A stretch of DNA of 64,000 nucleotides, taken from assembly GCA_038087875.1 (NCBI GenBank), contig CM075988.1:15006001-15070000 (forward strand). The letters run 5' to 3'. The stretch comes from Malacoraja senta. Its lineage: Eukaryota. This document shows, in pieces, positions 1 to 12,329 of this stretch (its first letter is position 1; each line of letters begins with the position of its first letter). A program made the translations under genes and the position numbers. The notes under the pieces were generated by a model. It did no database searches, had not been told where the DNA came from, and saw nothing but the letters and a program-made list of their open reading frames with translations.

Positions 1-20
1 TTATTCCTCTTTCACTCCAG

Positions 21-182
21 GAGTTTCCTCTTCTCCATTTTGAGGGTCAAATTGAAGAACATGTGAATATCCTGGGCTTTTCAATCACTAACCAAGATCA
101 TCCACATTATAATGACTTTGTTCACAGTCTAAACAAATCATGGCAGGAAAACTGTGCTCATTCACCTTATTCTGGAGCAGCA
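21..182 (+). CDS. GRIK4: Kainate receptor GluK4 exon (amino-terminal domain); gene begins upstream of the window
   Basis: ttcactccAG|...|GTAAGT; 162 nt, phase 0/0; EFPLLHFEGQIEEHVNILGFSITNQDHPHYNDFVHSLNKSWQENCAHSPYSGAA matches the GluK4/GluK5 ATD. Confidence 0.92.
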
Positions 183-1691
183 GTAAGTACCTGACTTAGT
201 ACAAATTAATCTGGATAGCCTTCGTTAATTGGAATTAATTGGCAGCCTCACTTTTAACACAATAACCTGAAGTTTGATATCAGTGAATAAGAATATGAAT
301 GCATTATCCATTTCTTCAATACATTTTTGTGTGTTTTTGAATTTTATTATAAAGTGTTTTCTTGTCAATAGTGTGAATGCAAAGCTCCCAGCTTTTGCTG
401 TAGCAATGTTGATTGGTTGCATTTGATAATGTTTTAATCATGGGCCAAGATGCAGGCAGTTGCAAGCTACGCACTGTGTAATTACTTAGTGCAGCAGTTA
501 AACCGCTACCTTCAATTGAGTTTGATTTCTAAATAGATTTTCTTACTCAGAGTAGTGAGATGTAGCCTTGCAATACTTTATGAACTGTTATAGAATCACG
601 CAGTTATAAAATACAGTCACAGGCCATTTGGCCCACCATGTCCATGCTAACCAATAAGCACCCATCTATATCAATTCCATCTTCCAGTACCAGGCCTTTT
701 GCACCATTCAAGTGCTCACAGCAGTATTACTGTGGATTTTTTTAGGGTTCTTTTTTAATTTATTAAACGTTCTTTTATTTATTGTGTGATATATATTTGC
801 TGTGTTTACAGACGTATTATGCTGCTGCAAGTAAAACATTAATTGTTCCACTTTTGTTACATATGATAATTAAACACTCTTAAACTGGACACTTCTGAAA
901 TGTTGTCAGCAACTCTGCTTTTATCACCCCTCCCCCTGGTGAAACCTTGTTTGAAGAGCCTCGTAGGATATCTTCCCTCAGTATTGAAGTAACGCATTCC
1001 TTGTCAGAACAGAGATTAATATTCGATATTCCAAAATATGTTTGATAAGGTGCCAAATAATGTTTGGGATATGGAAATTGCAGGGAAAAAAAGAACAGAG
1101 AAAACCTGAGTAATTTAATTTGCTCAGGGAAAAGATAGAAAAACTAGAGATGATTAGATATATTTCAGACTGGAGAGAAGCCTCCCGGAGCTCAGTAATA
1201 CCAAATCTTTGAAACACCTATCTAATTAGCTTCCTTTCACAGCCCTTTTCCCAGAGCTGAAAATAGGTATATTTTTAGTGAAAATTCATCCTCCCCCTTC
1301 TTAAATACCCATTTAAAATGACTGAAATTCACTTTTTTGTTAGAAGTATTATGATATGGGGATCCATCAATCAATTACGTATGAATAAAGGTCACATTTA
1401 CGAAGTTTCAAATTTCAATGACCATCTAACTAAAAGAACCAGGGTTCTGGAGAGTTTGAATTGCCTGCAATAGCTGCAGTCAGCAGCAATTCCCAATGGT
1501 TTAAAAACTAATACATAAAATCCTCCAGGCTCCATACATGCTGCATTCAATTTGATCTCCACAAGCCCTAGGACATGATTGTTCATGTTAGGCAGGGGTC
1601 TGCTTTGCCCTCTGCCCACATTTCTCTATGTCTTGGCCCCACAAATTGATTATAAATTATTGTTTGCTCAGTCTGCCTGCCTTTCTTGACT

Positions 1692-1832
1692 TTCTCTCTC
1701 TATCTCTCTCTCTCTATCTCTCCCTTTCTGTCTCTGTCTCTGTCTCAGTCTCTCTCTATCTGTCCCTCTCCCTCTCTCTCTCCCTCTCTCTCTCTCCCCC
1801 CCTCACTCTCCCCCTCTCTCCCCCTCTCTCCC
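1692..1832. repeat. (CT)n/(CTGT)n polypyrimidine microsatellite
   Basis: Direct reading; explains the low-complexity ORFs at 1628 and 1686. Confidence 0.95.
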
Positions 1833-2216
1833 GATTATCTTAATTCAAAACTGCAGCACTCGCATGAGGGAAAATCTGATATGGTTAAGCATTTTTTTTG
1901 GTGTGAAATATGTTCTTTTTAGCCAATTATTAGTGATGGATGAAGCTAGAATGTTCTATCCTCAACAGAATTTATCAAGATACTCTGTGTAATAAATGAC
2001 TGAAGATTTCATGAAGATCTAATCACCGCTATGGGCAATTTAATTTTCAGTTAATGATAACAGGATGATGGTGCTTTGCATATGTTTTATTACAATTTTT
2101 TTTAAAGGGTATGTTTGCAACTAATGTTTCTCCACATTCATATTGAATTTATTTCTGCATTTTGATAAGCCCCTTTTTACTCTCTCCAGAAGTGATCTTC
2201 TGTCTCTTGCACCTAG

Positions 2217-2369
2217 CTCTCCTCTGCGCTCCTGTTCGATGCTGTCTTTGTCATTGTAACCGCCGTCAATGAACTTAACCGCAGCCAGGAAATTGCTGTC
2301 AAATCCTTGTCCTGTGGCTCTGCACAGATATGGCAACATGGAACCAGTCTGATGAACTACCTGAGAATG
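2217..2369 (+). CDS. GRIK4: GluK4 exon (ATD)
   Basis: cctAG|...|GTGAGT; 153 nt; [51 protein letters not shown] ([11 protein letters not shown] is GluK4-type). Confidence 0.95.
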
Positions 2370-3249
2370 GTGAGTCGGGGTCCCGTTCAGAGATCGAACA
2401 GCCTACAACTGTGGGTAGATTATGTGTGGTGTATAAAATGCAATGTATGTCATTTTTCTTTTCTAAATGCATTTCAAATGGTGTTGCTGCCTGTTATTCA
2501 TGTGGAATCCACACAGTGTCATCACTCCATGTACAATGTATCGATGGAATATGGATTGTTCCCTCATCTCTTGGGGGTGATGCTGCTTAATTTTCCTTTA
2601 GCCCGCATAACTGTTGGACTGTTGGACCTTGGCTGTGAGGTGATGTTTTGTGTTTTACTGCACAGAATCTTCTTCATTGGCCATTTTCATTCGTTAATGC
2701 CAATACTTCCACGGAGATAATGGGATTAGTGTAAATGAATGCTTGGTGGTTGGTATGGTCTTGTTGGGCTGAAGGGCCTGTTGATGTGCTATATCATGGT
2801 ATTTCAAGATGAGAGCCAGGAAATTATGTACAGCTTGCACTTGTTAATGAGGAGAACAAATCAGGTCTGAGAGTGAGGAGATGGTGGTAAAAGTTTGGGC
2901 TTGGATAACATTCATTGCTCGGCCCATGTGAATATCATTTGGAGGTCTATTTGCTACAAGCTTCTGTGAATCTGGCTGAATGTCATACGACTGAAGGCAC
3001 TAAAAGAGATCAAGCCAACACCTGCTAGATGAACACCAGTATGGTCAATCAGCAGATATTTAACATGTTAAATCTGTGAGTTTAAGTCACCGTCTTAACT
3101 TCATAAGGCTGAATGTACATTCAGCAACAGGAAAGGAAGTCCATTCACCAACATTGATTAAAGGGTTCAATAACTACTTGCACGTTAGTTGCTCCTTTTG
3201 AATCCCAATTGATGAGTGACCAACTACATTTGTGGCAACTCCATGTTGT

Positions 3250-3560
3250 AGAGTGATGGTTACCTTATTGGATGAGCAATCAAGACAACCCTGACTAATG
3301 GTCCAAGCAATGATTTTAAATCCAGCCACAGCAAATTAGAATTTAAATTTATTTAATTAAATAACATGCAGTGAAACACTCGTGTCAATAATGGTGATGA
3401 TGAGGCTTTCAGACTTATTGAAAACCTTCAGGTTCACTAATGTTTTGCGGAGAAGGAAATCTGCTGTCCTCACCCAGTCTAGATCTAACTCACGGCTCCA
3501 GCAGAGTACTGAGTTGAAGGGCAATTCAGGATAAGCGATAAATGCTGGCCTTTTCAGGAA
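3250..3560 (+). mobile_element. Old tRNA-headed SINE (family not identified); related copies at ~29810-30105, ~34600-34770, ~60200-60570
   Basis: Motifs ggttcactaatgt...gaaggaaatctgc and gggcaat..ggat..caataaatg recur between copies. Confidence 0.55.
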
Positions 3561-3929
3561 TTATTTTATCAAGTGGAAGAAATGCTTTAAAAAAAATCCT
3601 ATCAAAAAGCTATAAAAACTTCTCTCAACCTTCTCTAGAGAAAAAAGCCTTTTTGAACTTTCTTGATAATTCTACTCTCCAGGTTCAGGCTAATTCCTCT
3701 TGGCCATCTACAGTTCTTTGTTTTTTTATGCTGCAACTCTAATGGGAATGTGTCCATAGTGATCATTGAGCTGAGGGAAGTTGCTGGCACAACGTAAAAA
3801 ATATAAATCCAATGGTTAATTAACGTGCATTGTTCTGTGGTGATGAGATGTGTGTAAATATATGTAAGCGATTGTGTACAGTCTCAAGCTGTCCTTAGAC
3901 TTTTGCAGTGAACTATTTTGAGAATGAAT

Positions 3930-4224
3930 TAAGGATAAGGGGGAAATCTTTTAGGACCGAGATGAGAAAAACATTTTTTCACACAGAGAGTGGTGAATCT
4001 GTGGAATTCTCTGCCACAGAAGGTAGTTGAGGCCAGTTCATTGGCTATATTTAAGAGGGAGTTAGATGTGGCCCTTGTGGCTAAAGGGATCAGGGGGTAT
4101 GGAGAGAAGGCAGGTACAGGATACTGAGTTGGATGATCAGCCATGATCATATTGAATGGCGGTGCAGGCTCGAAGGGCCGAATGGCCTACTCCTGCACCT
4201 ATTTTCTATGTTTCTGTGTTTCTA
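3930..4224 (+). mobile_element. CR1 LINE 3' end (young subfamily)
   Basis: FFTQRVVNLWNSLPQ-coding end, 3'UTR and (TTTCTATG)n tail; near-identical to the reverse complement of 36748-37050. Confidence 0.92.
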
Positions 4225-4264
4225 ATCTATGTCAATGACCAATTTTCTGTGTGCCCGAGTCCAG

Positions 4265-4369
4265 GTGGAATTAGAAGGTCTAACTGGTCATGTCGAATTC
4301 AACAGCAAGGGTCAGAGAACTAATTACATTTTAAAAATTGTTCAACGCAGCAAAGAAGGATTGAAACAG
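4265..4369 (+). CDS. GRIK4: GluK4 exon (ATD)
   Basis: ccAG|...|GTAATC; 105 nt; [35 protein letters not shown]. Confidence 0.95.
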
Positions 4370-5249
4370 GTAATCAGTGTTAACATTCCTCTTCAAATCT
4401 TTTTTGTAATTTCTCTAATACTTTTCAGAATTTGGAAAAGTATTTAAAGAAATTGGAATGTGTCCATGTCCGACAATACTGATTTGTTTAGTTTGAGCAG
4501 GATGTTTATATTTACCTAATGCTGGCCTTAGACTGTTCTGTTTGTACCAAATTTATATTGCTGAAGGTTAACATTTATTATAACACCGATCAGACAGAGC
4601 GGTTTAATTGCACTTAGACCTTGAGAGGCTGCTTCAGATCACCCAGATTAGTTGGGATGAGATTGGTTTAAACCATGGAGCCAGAGGCAAGCTCACTGCT
4701 GTGGAGAGCTTCATAGGAGAGAAAGCAGCTCTAGTTTCCACTATGAAATCGGCCATTTCCTTGTAGATATTCTGCATTGTCTTTCCATGCCTCCTTTTCA
4801 CATACAAAACGTCCCACTTTCCCAATTAATTGGACACGGCGATTTAACATCTAAGTTTAAGGATTTTATCAATCCTTCACTACAATTAGTTGTTAAATTA
4901 TTTAAAGAATTAATGGATAACAGTTAACACATTTTCTCTAATTGTTCATATTTTATTAGCAGATTCACAGAGATTTAGATTTAAAGATGTAGATGTTAAA
5001 ATTGAGATCTTCTACAGATTTCAGTTATTGACAGGGGTGCGAAATGGATTTTAAGAAAATTATGTAGGCATTAAAATCTGTAGAGGATAGTGAACATTCA
5101 GGACACAGACTCTTAGGTAAAATGGCCAAGAACATTGTGGATAAAATTGAACACACGGGAATGTAAATATAAAACATTTTGGATGAAGAATGTGGAGAGC
5201 CCATATAATCTAAATGATGCAAATGGAGAAACAGAGACTCCCATCGCTT

Positions 5250-5414
5250 ACAGACGCAAAATGCTGGAGTAACTCAGTAGGACTGAAGAAGGGTCTCCAC
5301 CCAAAACGTCACCCATTTCTTCCGTCCAGAGATGCTGCCTGTCCCGCTGAGTTACTCCAGCTTTTTATGTCTATCTTCGGTGTAAACCAGCATCTGCAGT
5401 TCCTTCCTACACAC
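5250..5414 (+). mobile_element. Short Penelope-derived repeat (partial inverted arm plus full arm)
   Basis: ctgaagaagggtctc...aaacgtcacccatt...cagcatctgcagttccttcctacac. Confidence 0.8.
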
Positions 5415-5774
5415 TCCTATGGCCTATGTACAGGAAACTGAAGGCTGACACAAGAGTCTGCAGATGCTGGAATCACAAATAATTTGCTGTAAGAACTCAG
5501 CAGGTTGTGCAGCATCTGTGGATGGAAAGGAATGACCACTACTTAATTGGATTAATTAAAATAAATGAACAATGTACAAGAGCTAAGAAATTATAATAAA
5601 TCTTTATGAAACACCGATTAACCCTCAGATACAGCATTTTAGAGTCATTCGTTTTTGTGATAGGAGAAGAATTAGGTCATTCAGCCCATCAAGTCTACCC
5701 ACCATTCAATCATGGCTGATCTATTTCTCCCTCCTAACCCCATTCCCATGCCTTCTCCCATAACCCCTGACACA

Positions 5775-6775
5775 TCATACAGCACATAAATGGGCTCTTC
5801 AGCCTATCTTGTCCATGCCGCCAACTTGGCCTAAAGAGCCGATCCCATTTACCTGCAAATTGGTCCAAAAATCTCTAAACCATTTGTATCCATATATCTG
5901 CTCAAATGTCTTTTGAAGGTCATAATTGAATCCACGCCTAAAGCTTCTCTGGCAACTCATTCCAGATACGGGACTACGCTCTGCAGGAAAACGTTGCCCC
6001 TGAGGTCCCTCTTAAATATCTCCTCCCTCACCTTAAAACTCTAATTTTAGAATCCTCTACCCTAGGAATAGGACTATGAGCATTCATTTTATCAATGCCC
6101 CTCATGACCTTGCACACCTCAATAACATCACCCCTCAGCCTCCCATGCTCCAAAGAAAAATGCACCAGCCTATCCAACCTCTCCCTCAAGCTCGTAAGCC
6201 CAGGTAACATCCTTCCTATAGCTGAGCAAACAGAACTTCACACAGTGTGGTCTCACCAATGACGTAAAGCTGCATCATGAGTGCCAACTCAAAACTCTTC
6301 CCAATGAAGGCAAGCATGTCAAACGATTTCTTCACCACACTTTCCACGTGACTTGACCAATTTAGGGAAGCATGCACCTGTACTCCCAGATCTCTCTCTT
6401 TTGGTGCACCCTCCAGGGCTCCACCATTTACTGTGCAAGTCTTACCCTTGTATGCCACATCAAAATGCAACACCTCAAATATGTCTCAGTTAAATTCCAT
6501 TTCCCATTCCTTGGCCCATCTTCTCAACTGATCTAGATATTGTTGTAAACTTAGATAACATTCCTCATTGTCTATATTTATATAGCACCTCTTTTGGTGT
6601 AATCTGCAAATTTACTAACAATGTTAACTATATTGTCATCCATATTGTTAATTATACAACAGTGGACACAGCACTGACCCTGACAGCACGAGTCTCAGGC
6701 TTCCAATCGAAAAAAATATTCTCCATAACTACCCTTTGATGTCTTCCTCAAAGCCAATTTTGAATCCAATTGGTT
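5775..6775 (-). mobile_element. Old CR1 LINE fragment, continuing after the LTR at 7557-7640
   Basis: Degenerate RT C-terminal translations (ORFs 6028-6210, 6216-6473). Confidence 0.85.
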
Positions 6776-6779
6776 CCAT

Positions 6780-7552
6780 TGTAAATTGCCCGTTTCTAAG
6801 CTCCCCCCAGTCTAGTTTCAGTAAAAAACACTGAATCAAGCACTTGAAACAACTAATCTTTATTTTAACAAAAGTGCATTACAGTTCAACTAATGTACCT
6901 ATACCACCATGGGTTTGATCCTCATATCTGCCTGTTCAAGCCCTCTAGGCCTCGCTCAAACAGAGACACTCCAGAAAGTCACATGGTCCCAAGCGTTCTC
7001 CCAGAAGATCGACCCTGGACCTTGTGGTAATGGAGTTTTATATGTCCCGGGACCTCGAGGGGCCGAACCACATGGGGGTGGTCTCTTAATAATCCAATTA
7101 CAGATATCGATTAACCCCATACATAACAGACATTTCCCTAACTCAATAATACACAAGCTCAATATATTGTATTCAAACCGGACTTCTCAAGGAAGCCAAC
7201 TTAGAAACATTTACTCTGATATGCAAGAAACCCAGACAAGGCTCAATACTTCATCCAATCAACACTTGGCAAAGTAGAACTCTGCAACATTGTTTACAAT
7301 TGTTTACAAGGTGTATGTCTGGTTTGCAGCCATCCAATCCATTCTATGCATTTTGCACCTAATTGACAGGGTCTGCAGATGTTCTTATTCTTTTCTTGCA
7401 AATTGTATCCAGGCTCTAGACACACTGGCATCACTCCGCAGCTTGTCCCAGCTCTGCAGAGAGCAATTCCAAATTGACCAAATCTCCCAGCAGCCCTGAA
7501 GCTTTTACCCCATTTTGAAGTCCTAGCCTCTCCAATTTGGCCAGGATTAACA
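6780..7552 (-). mobile_element. Solo LTR (ERV or Gypsy-type), 773 bp
   Basis: TG...CA ends (TGTAAAT/ATTAACA); 4-bp TSD CCAT at 6776-6779 and 7553-7556; minus-strand TATAAAA (7036-7042) and AATAAA (6859-6864); cleanly interrupts a CR1. Confidence 0.85.
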
Positions 7553-7718
7553 CCATCACCTTGGATTCCATACCAGTTTACCATGTGGGACCATGTCAAA
7601 GCCACACTACATCTATTTATACAACATGCACTGCCTTGCCCTTAGTTTCCTGACACATTACTTGAGCAATGATTTTAAAGCCATGGAAAGGATAAAAGAG
7701 ATTGTCTATTGTCTATTT

Positions 7719-7864
7719 CTTAAAGATAGCGGAGTCAGGGGATATAGGGAGAAGGCAGGAACGGGGTACTGATTGGGGATGATCAGCCATGATCACATTG
7801 AATGGCGGTGCTGGCTCGAAGGGCTGAATGGCCTACTCCTGCACCTATTGTCTATTGTCTATTT
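7719..7864 (+). mobile_element. 5'-truncated CR1 3' end with (TATTGTC)n tail, nested in an older CR1
   Basis: ggatataggggagaaggcagg...gcacctattgtctattgtct. Confidence 0.85.
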
Positions 7865-8172
7865 GTGAGAGGTGTATCTGAATGAAGCAGATCGGATTCA
7901 TGGAGGACTTAGAGAAGCTGGACTTTGTTCTTCTCAAAGCAAGAAATGTTTGGTACAGTTTTAATAGAGTCATTCACAACTCCAATGGATTTTGACAGAG
8001 TAAATATGTTAGAAGCATTACTGATCAAAAGACATCTTTCATTTTATTGGCCATAGGATCAAATATGAGTGGAGTAGTTTTATGCAATAGGTTAGTATTT
8101 GGAACACAATTTGGTAAAGCAGATTGAAAAAGATTCATTAGCAACTTTACTTTATAACCGTAAAGGTAAAGT

Positions 8173-8200
8173 CTGAAGAAGGATCTCGACCCGAAACGTC
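8173..8200 (+). ncRNA. Minimal hammerhead ribozyme-like core in a Penelope-derived repeat (8165-8302)
   Basis: CTGAAGA-A-GGAT CTCG ACCC-GAAAC-GTC; one stem II mismatch. Confidence 0.55.
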
Positions 8201-8739
8201 TCCCATTCCTTCTTTCCAGAGATGCTGCCTCACCCGCTGAGTTACACCAGCATTTTGTGTCTACCTTTGATTTTAACCAGCATCTGCAGTTCTTTCTTAC
8301 ACAAGATAATCCATAACTTTTTCATTAGTAATTTATCAAATTATCTACACCATAAAACAATGGGTTTAGTTCATAAAGTCAAACAATCGAAACTGACTTC
8401 AATTAATCCTGACACTTGGCCAAGAAGATGATTGGCCAAGTGTCTTCTGTTCTCATAGAACAGAATACAATCATCTTTTAATGTGCATGGGGGCTTCTGA
8501 AACAGTTGTATAAGGTTTGAATAAGATCAACCCTTGTAATCAGACAGGCACCATGCCAATCACATTTCAATGAAGCTAGGCGACTAAAATCCATCAAACC
8601 ACATTGCCCTACCCAAACTTAATGCCTGTTAACATCCCATCCCAGGAAGAGAACTTTATGCAACATTCAGTACTTCTCAAGATCAGTTGCATAAAAGTGA
8701 ATTGGAGTTTGCTTTAGGCCGATGGTCTAATGAGGATAA

Positions 8740-9112
8740 AGTCATAGTCAGACAATGTGGAAACAGGCCCTTCGGCCCATCTTGCCCACATCGACCAACA
8801 TGTTCCATCTACACTCGGCTCACCTGCCTGCTTTTGGCCCATATCCATCTAAACCTGTCCTATTCATGTACCAGTCCAAATGTTTGTTTTAAAGGTTGTG
8901 ATAGTACCTGCCTCAACTACCTCCTCCGGCAGCTCATTCCATACACCCACCAAGGTTTGTGTGAAAAAGTTACCCCTCAGGTTCCTATTAAACCTTTCGC
9001 CCCTCACCTTAAATCTATGTCCTCTGGTTCTCGATTCCCCTATCCTGGGCAAGAGACTTTGTGCATCCACCTGATCTATTCCTCTCATGGTTTTGTGCAC
9101 CTCTATAAGATC
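8740..9112 (-). mobile_element. CR1 LINE 3' end
   Basis: ORF 8864-9100 translates as CR1 ORF2 C-terminus (GESRTRGHRFKVRGERF). Confidence 0.9.
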
Positions 9113-10436
9113 AGAAGAAAATGGTCATCGGTAATATGGGATGAAGAGCGGCTGATATCAGTATCAGTAAGTTCAAAACCCTCGGTTTTTGCAAACTCTG
9201 CAGAAAAGTAAATACATTTAATGAAGCTTTAAACACATTTAGAGAGAGAAAAATCTGCCGCCATGGCCCTGTTAATTGTAAGATCATAGGAAGTAAAGTA
9301 ACTATTCTTTCTTTAAATTCCAATTCCTTATTGCTCTTTTCCTTCTCTATTTCATTCTTCCCTCTTATTATATCCCCTTTCCTGTGTTCTTCTTTTCTGC
9401 ACACTCCTCCTGGCCATGCTGGGAGGGAGAAAATTGTGTGGGATAGTCTATCAGGAGTTTGAGATACAAGAGGATAAAATTCAGAAGAGCATGGAATTCC
9501 TGCAAACAGGGCCACATTGTGCCAGGGTTTTGAGACCGTGGTAAAAGATAGGTAGATTGAGATGGAGAGCTTTGTAAATTGGTATAGATCCTCAAAGTGC
9601 TTTGTTTTCCTTGCATGTCACAAAGAAGGTTAAGTGGCCACTGTAAATTACCCATTGGTGTAGATCAGAGGGCAAAAGAATCAGAGAAGGTGATGAGTAG
9701 GTGAGTGAGAATACGTTACAATGCTACTTAGAAATAAGAGGGAGAATGGGATTGATTGGATGGCTCTGCAGGAAACTGGCATGGACCCAAAGGGCCATCC
9801 TCCTCTATTGCAAAGTGTAAGCAAACATTTAGCAATTGGAAAATAATCCAGTTTCCAAAAAATGGTTAGAAGTATCAACCATCTGATAAACTGGAATAAA
9901 TGAAAAGAGACCTTATGGCAATTTTAACCAAATGCATCCATTAAAAAACCATCAGGATTGAGAAGAATGCTACTTTTACACCTCATTCAGTGTTGCTCCT
10001 TAATGGTTGCTACAGTATGTAAAACCAACACAGCGAATAGTCAAGTAGCTTCAGAATTCACAAATTGGGTTAAAATTGACACTTTTGTCATTAAAAAATC
10101 AAAGGGTTCAACACACTTGCCATCACTGAATTGTGTATTAATTTGCATATGTGGATGAGGAAGTAATTTGAAATAAAGTGGTCCATTAATGACATTTCTG
10201 GGGTAAAGGAAAGTGTAAGCAGTTTATTAGAATCAACTCAGTTTAGAAGGTTCTTTAGAATTGATAGATTTTGAGGAATTACATGTTGAAGCACTTTCTG
10301 GAACGATGTGATTTGAATATTAACGTGTATTAGAGTGAAATTTAAGCTACTGTATGTTATGATAAAATATCAAATAAATGGTTTATCGCCTTTTTCTAGG
10401 CTTGCAACGGTTTTAAGTTTTTGTCTCCTTGTCTAG

Positions 10437-10544
10437 GTTGGGTTCTGGCACTCAGGGAAAGGACTGGTGATGGACCGAAAATTGTATTTCTTAAATGCTT
10501 CAGAAAGTTTATTCAATAAGACTCTGATAGTGACAACTATCTTG
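10437..10544 (+). CDS. GRIK4: GluK4 exon (ATD-S1 linker)
   Basis: gtctAG|...|GTAAGA; 108 nt; VGFWHSGKGLVMDRKLYFLNASESLFNKTLIVTTIL; not in the ORF track, found by reading. Confidence 0.92.
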
Positions 10545-10904
10545 GTAAGAAATAACTACAGGATATATATTTTATTGTACATTTAATCTCTATACCAGAG
10601 TGGAAATTAGAGAAGTTATTCTGAAATTGTTTCCGAGTGCAAGAGCAATTATTTGTGGATTTGTTACCAGAGATTGCATAGGATGTCCAGCATAGCAAAA
10701 AGCCATTCAGCCCAATCAGTGTATGCAACACTTTTGATCCATTTGGGCCTATTCCTGTCTTTCCTTGCCTAAATCTATCAGCAACCTCTCTATTCTCTTC
10801 TATAATCTTTACCCTAATAGGCTTCCTTTTTAAATACTATTGTGTGGACAGTTCATGGAGTAATGGGTTTCCCCCAAGATTTTTCCAAATGTCCTCAAGA
10901 TAAA

Positions 10905-11650
10905 AACTATTTAATTGTGATATCTACTTAAAACGGTGCAATGAAATTCTTACTTGTAGTAGTATAACAGGTCTGTAAACACTGTACTCACAGATAACCA
11001 AATAAACAAAAGAAAGTTCAATAAATTTAAATAAAGCAACATTATTGCAAAACAAAAGCTCAATGCCCCTGGTGCAAACAAGACAGTTTGTCTTGAAGAT
11101 TGAGTGGATGCAAAGATGTTTCCACTTGAGAAGAGCCTAACCAGGAGGCATAAATATAAGAAAGGCCAATAGGGCAAATACTCTCTTCAGAAGTCTGAAA
11201 GAGTCTGAAGAAGGGTCTCAACCCAAAACATCACCCATTCCTTCTCTCCAGAGATGCTGCCTGTCCCGCTGAGTTATTCCAGCATTTTGTGTCTATCTTC
11301 GGTGTAAACCAGCATCTGCAGTTCCTTCCTACACAAGACAGTTTGTAGTTTAATAGATGTTTGTAGTGTGCAGGGTTGTTGGGGAGATGCTCTTCCTGAA
11401 CCTGGAGCTCATAGTTTTCCGACTCCTATACCATATTCCTGATAGCTGGAGTGAAATTAGAGCATGGCCCGAGTGGTGAGGTTCCTTGATGATACTGGTT
11501 ACCTTTATGTGGTTCCCTTCGATGGTAGGCAGGTTCAGTCCTCGTGATGGACTGGACAGTGTTCACCATTTTCTGAGCGTTTGAGTTCCCGAACCAGGGC
11601 GTGATGAAATAAGTTAATATACACCTGTAGTTCAAGAGAGTGATCGCCCT
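10905..11650 (-). mobile_element. Rex1/Babar LINE 3' fragment with a nested insertion (11092-11332)
   Basis: NYRCILTYFITPWFGNS-type translation; 3'UTR gtacttgcagcag..taacagg. Confidence 0.7.
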
Positions 11651-12329
11651 ATTGGATATCTTTGTGCCGTTCTTATATATATGGCCCATGCTTAGGCTCT
11701 TCACAAGTGGAGACATCTTTGCATCCACTCTATCTAAAACTGAGCACAATTTAAAAAGCCTTGACTGGGTGTCTGTTCATCTTTTCCCGCTATGTATAAC
11801 TTTGCAGTTGCAATATTTTTCATAGCATAGTTTGATGATGATTCAAGCTTGCACTAGACGTGTACTGTTACTCACAAGGTAGCTGTGGTGTAACACCTCA
11901 CCGAAATAACAATTCCGAGTCATGCTTCAGGACAACAGGATCACCTAGCTACAAACTCCAGAATTGACCTTCAAATTGCCACTGAAATGGTCACAGATTA
12001 AATAGAATCAAAAAGTTGAAATCAAATCACTTCTGTCCTTCCTTGTTCTTTGAAGCATTCATTTTAGCAGTGGGCTGGGGGTGATCACAAGAATACAAAA
12101 AAAAGGAGAAGGAGTTGGCCACTTTGCCCCACCAGCCTGCCCTAACATTCAATATGATCAAGGCTCTACCCTAAGCCTCAAATCTTTCTTGGTGCCAGAT
12201 CCCCATAGTTCAAAATCCCTCCTGATAGTTCAAAAATGCACCTTCACTCTTTTTAAAACTTCTAACACGCCAGCCTCCACAAATCCCCGGGGGAGAGAAT
12301 TCCAGAGATTCGCCAATCTCCAATCTTCA

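Noticed and set aside
1628..1922. Ser/Leu-rich ORFs
   Set aside because: Translation of a (CT)n microsatellite.
6909..7605. ORFs inside the solo LTR, including a 122-aa one
   Set aside because: No recognisable retroviral protein motifs; they lie within the LTR boundaries.
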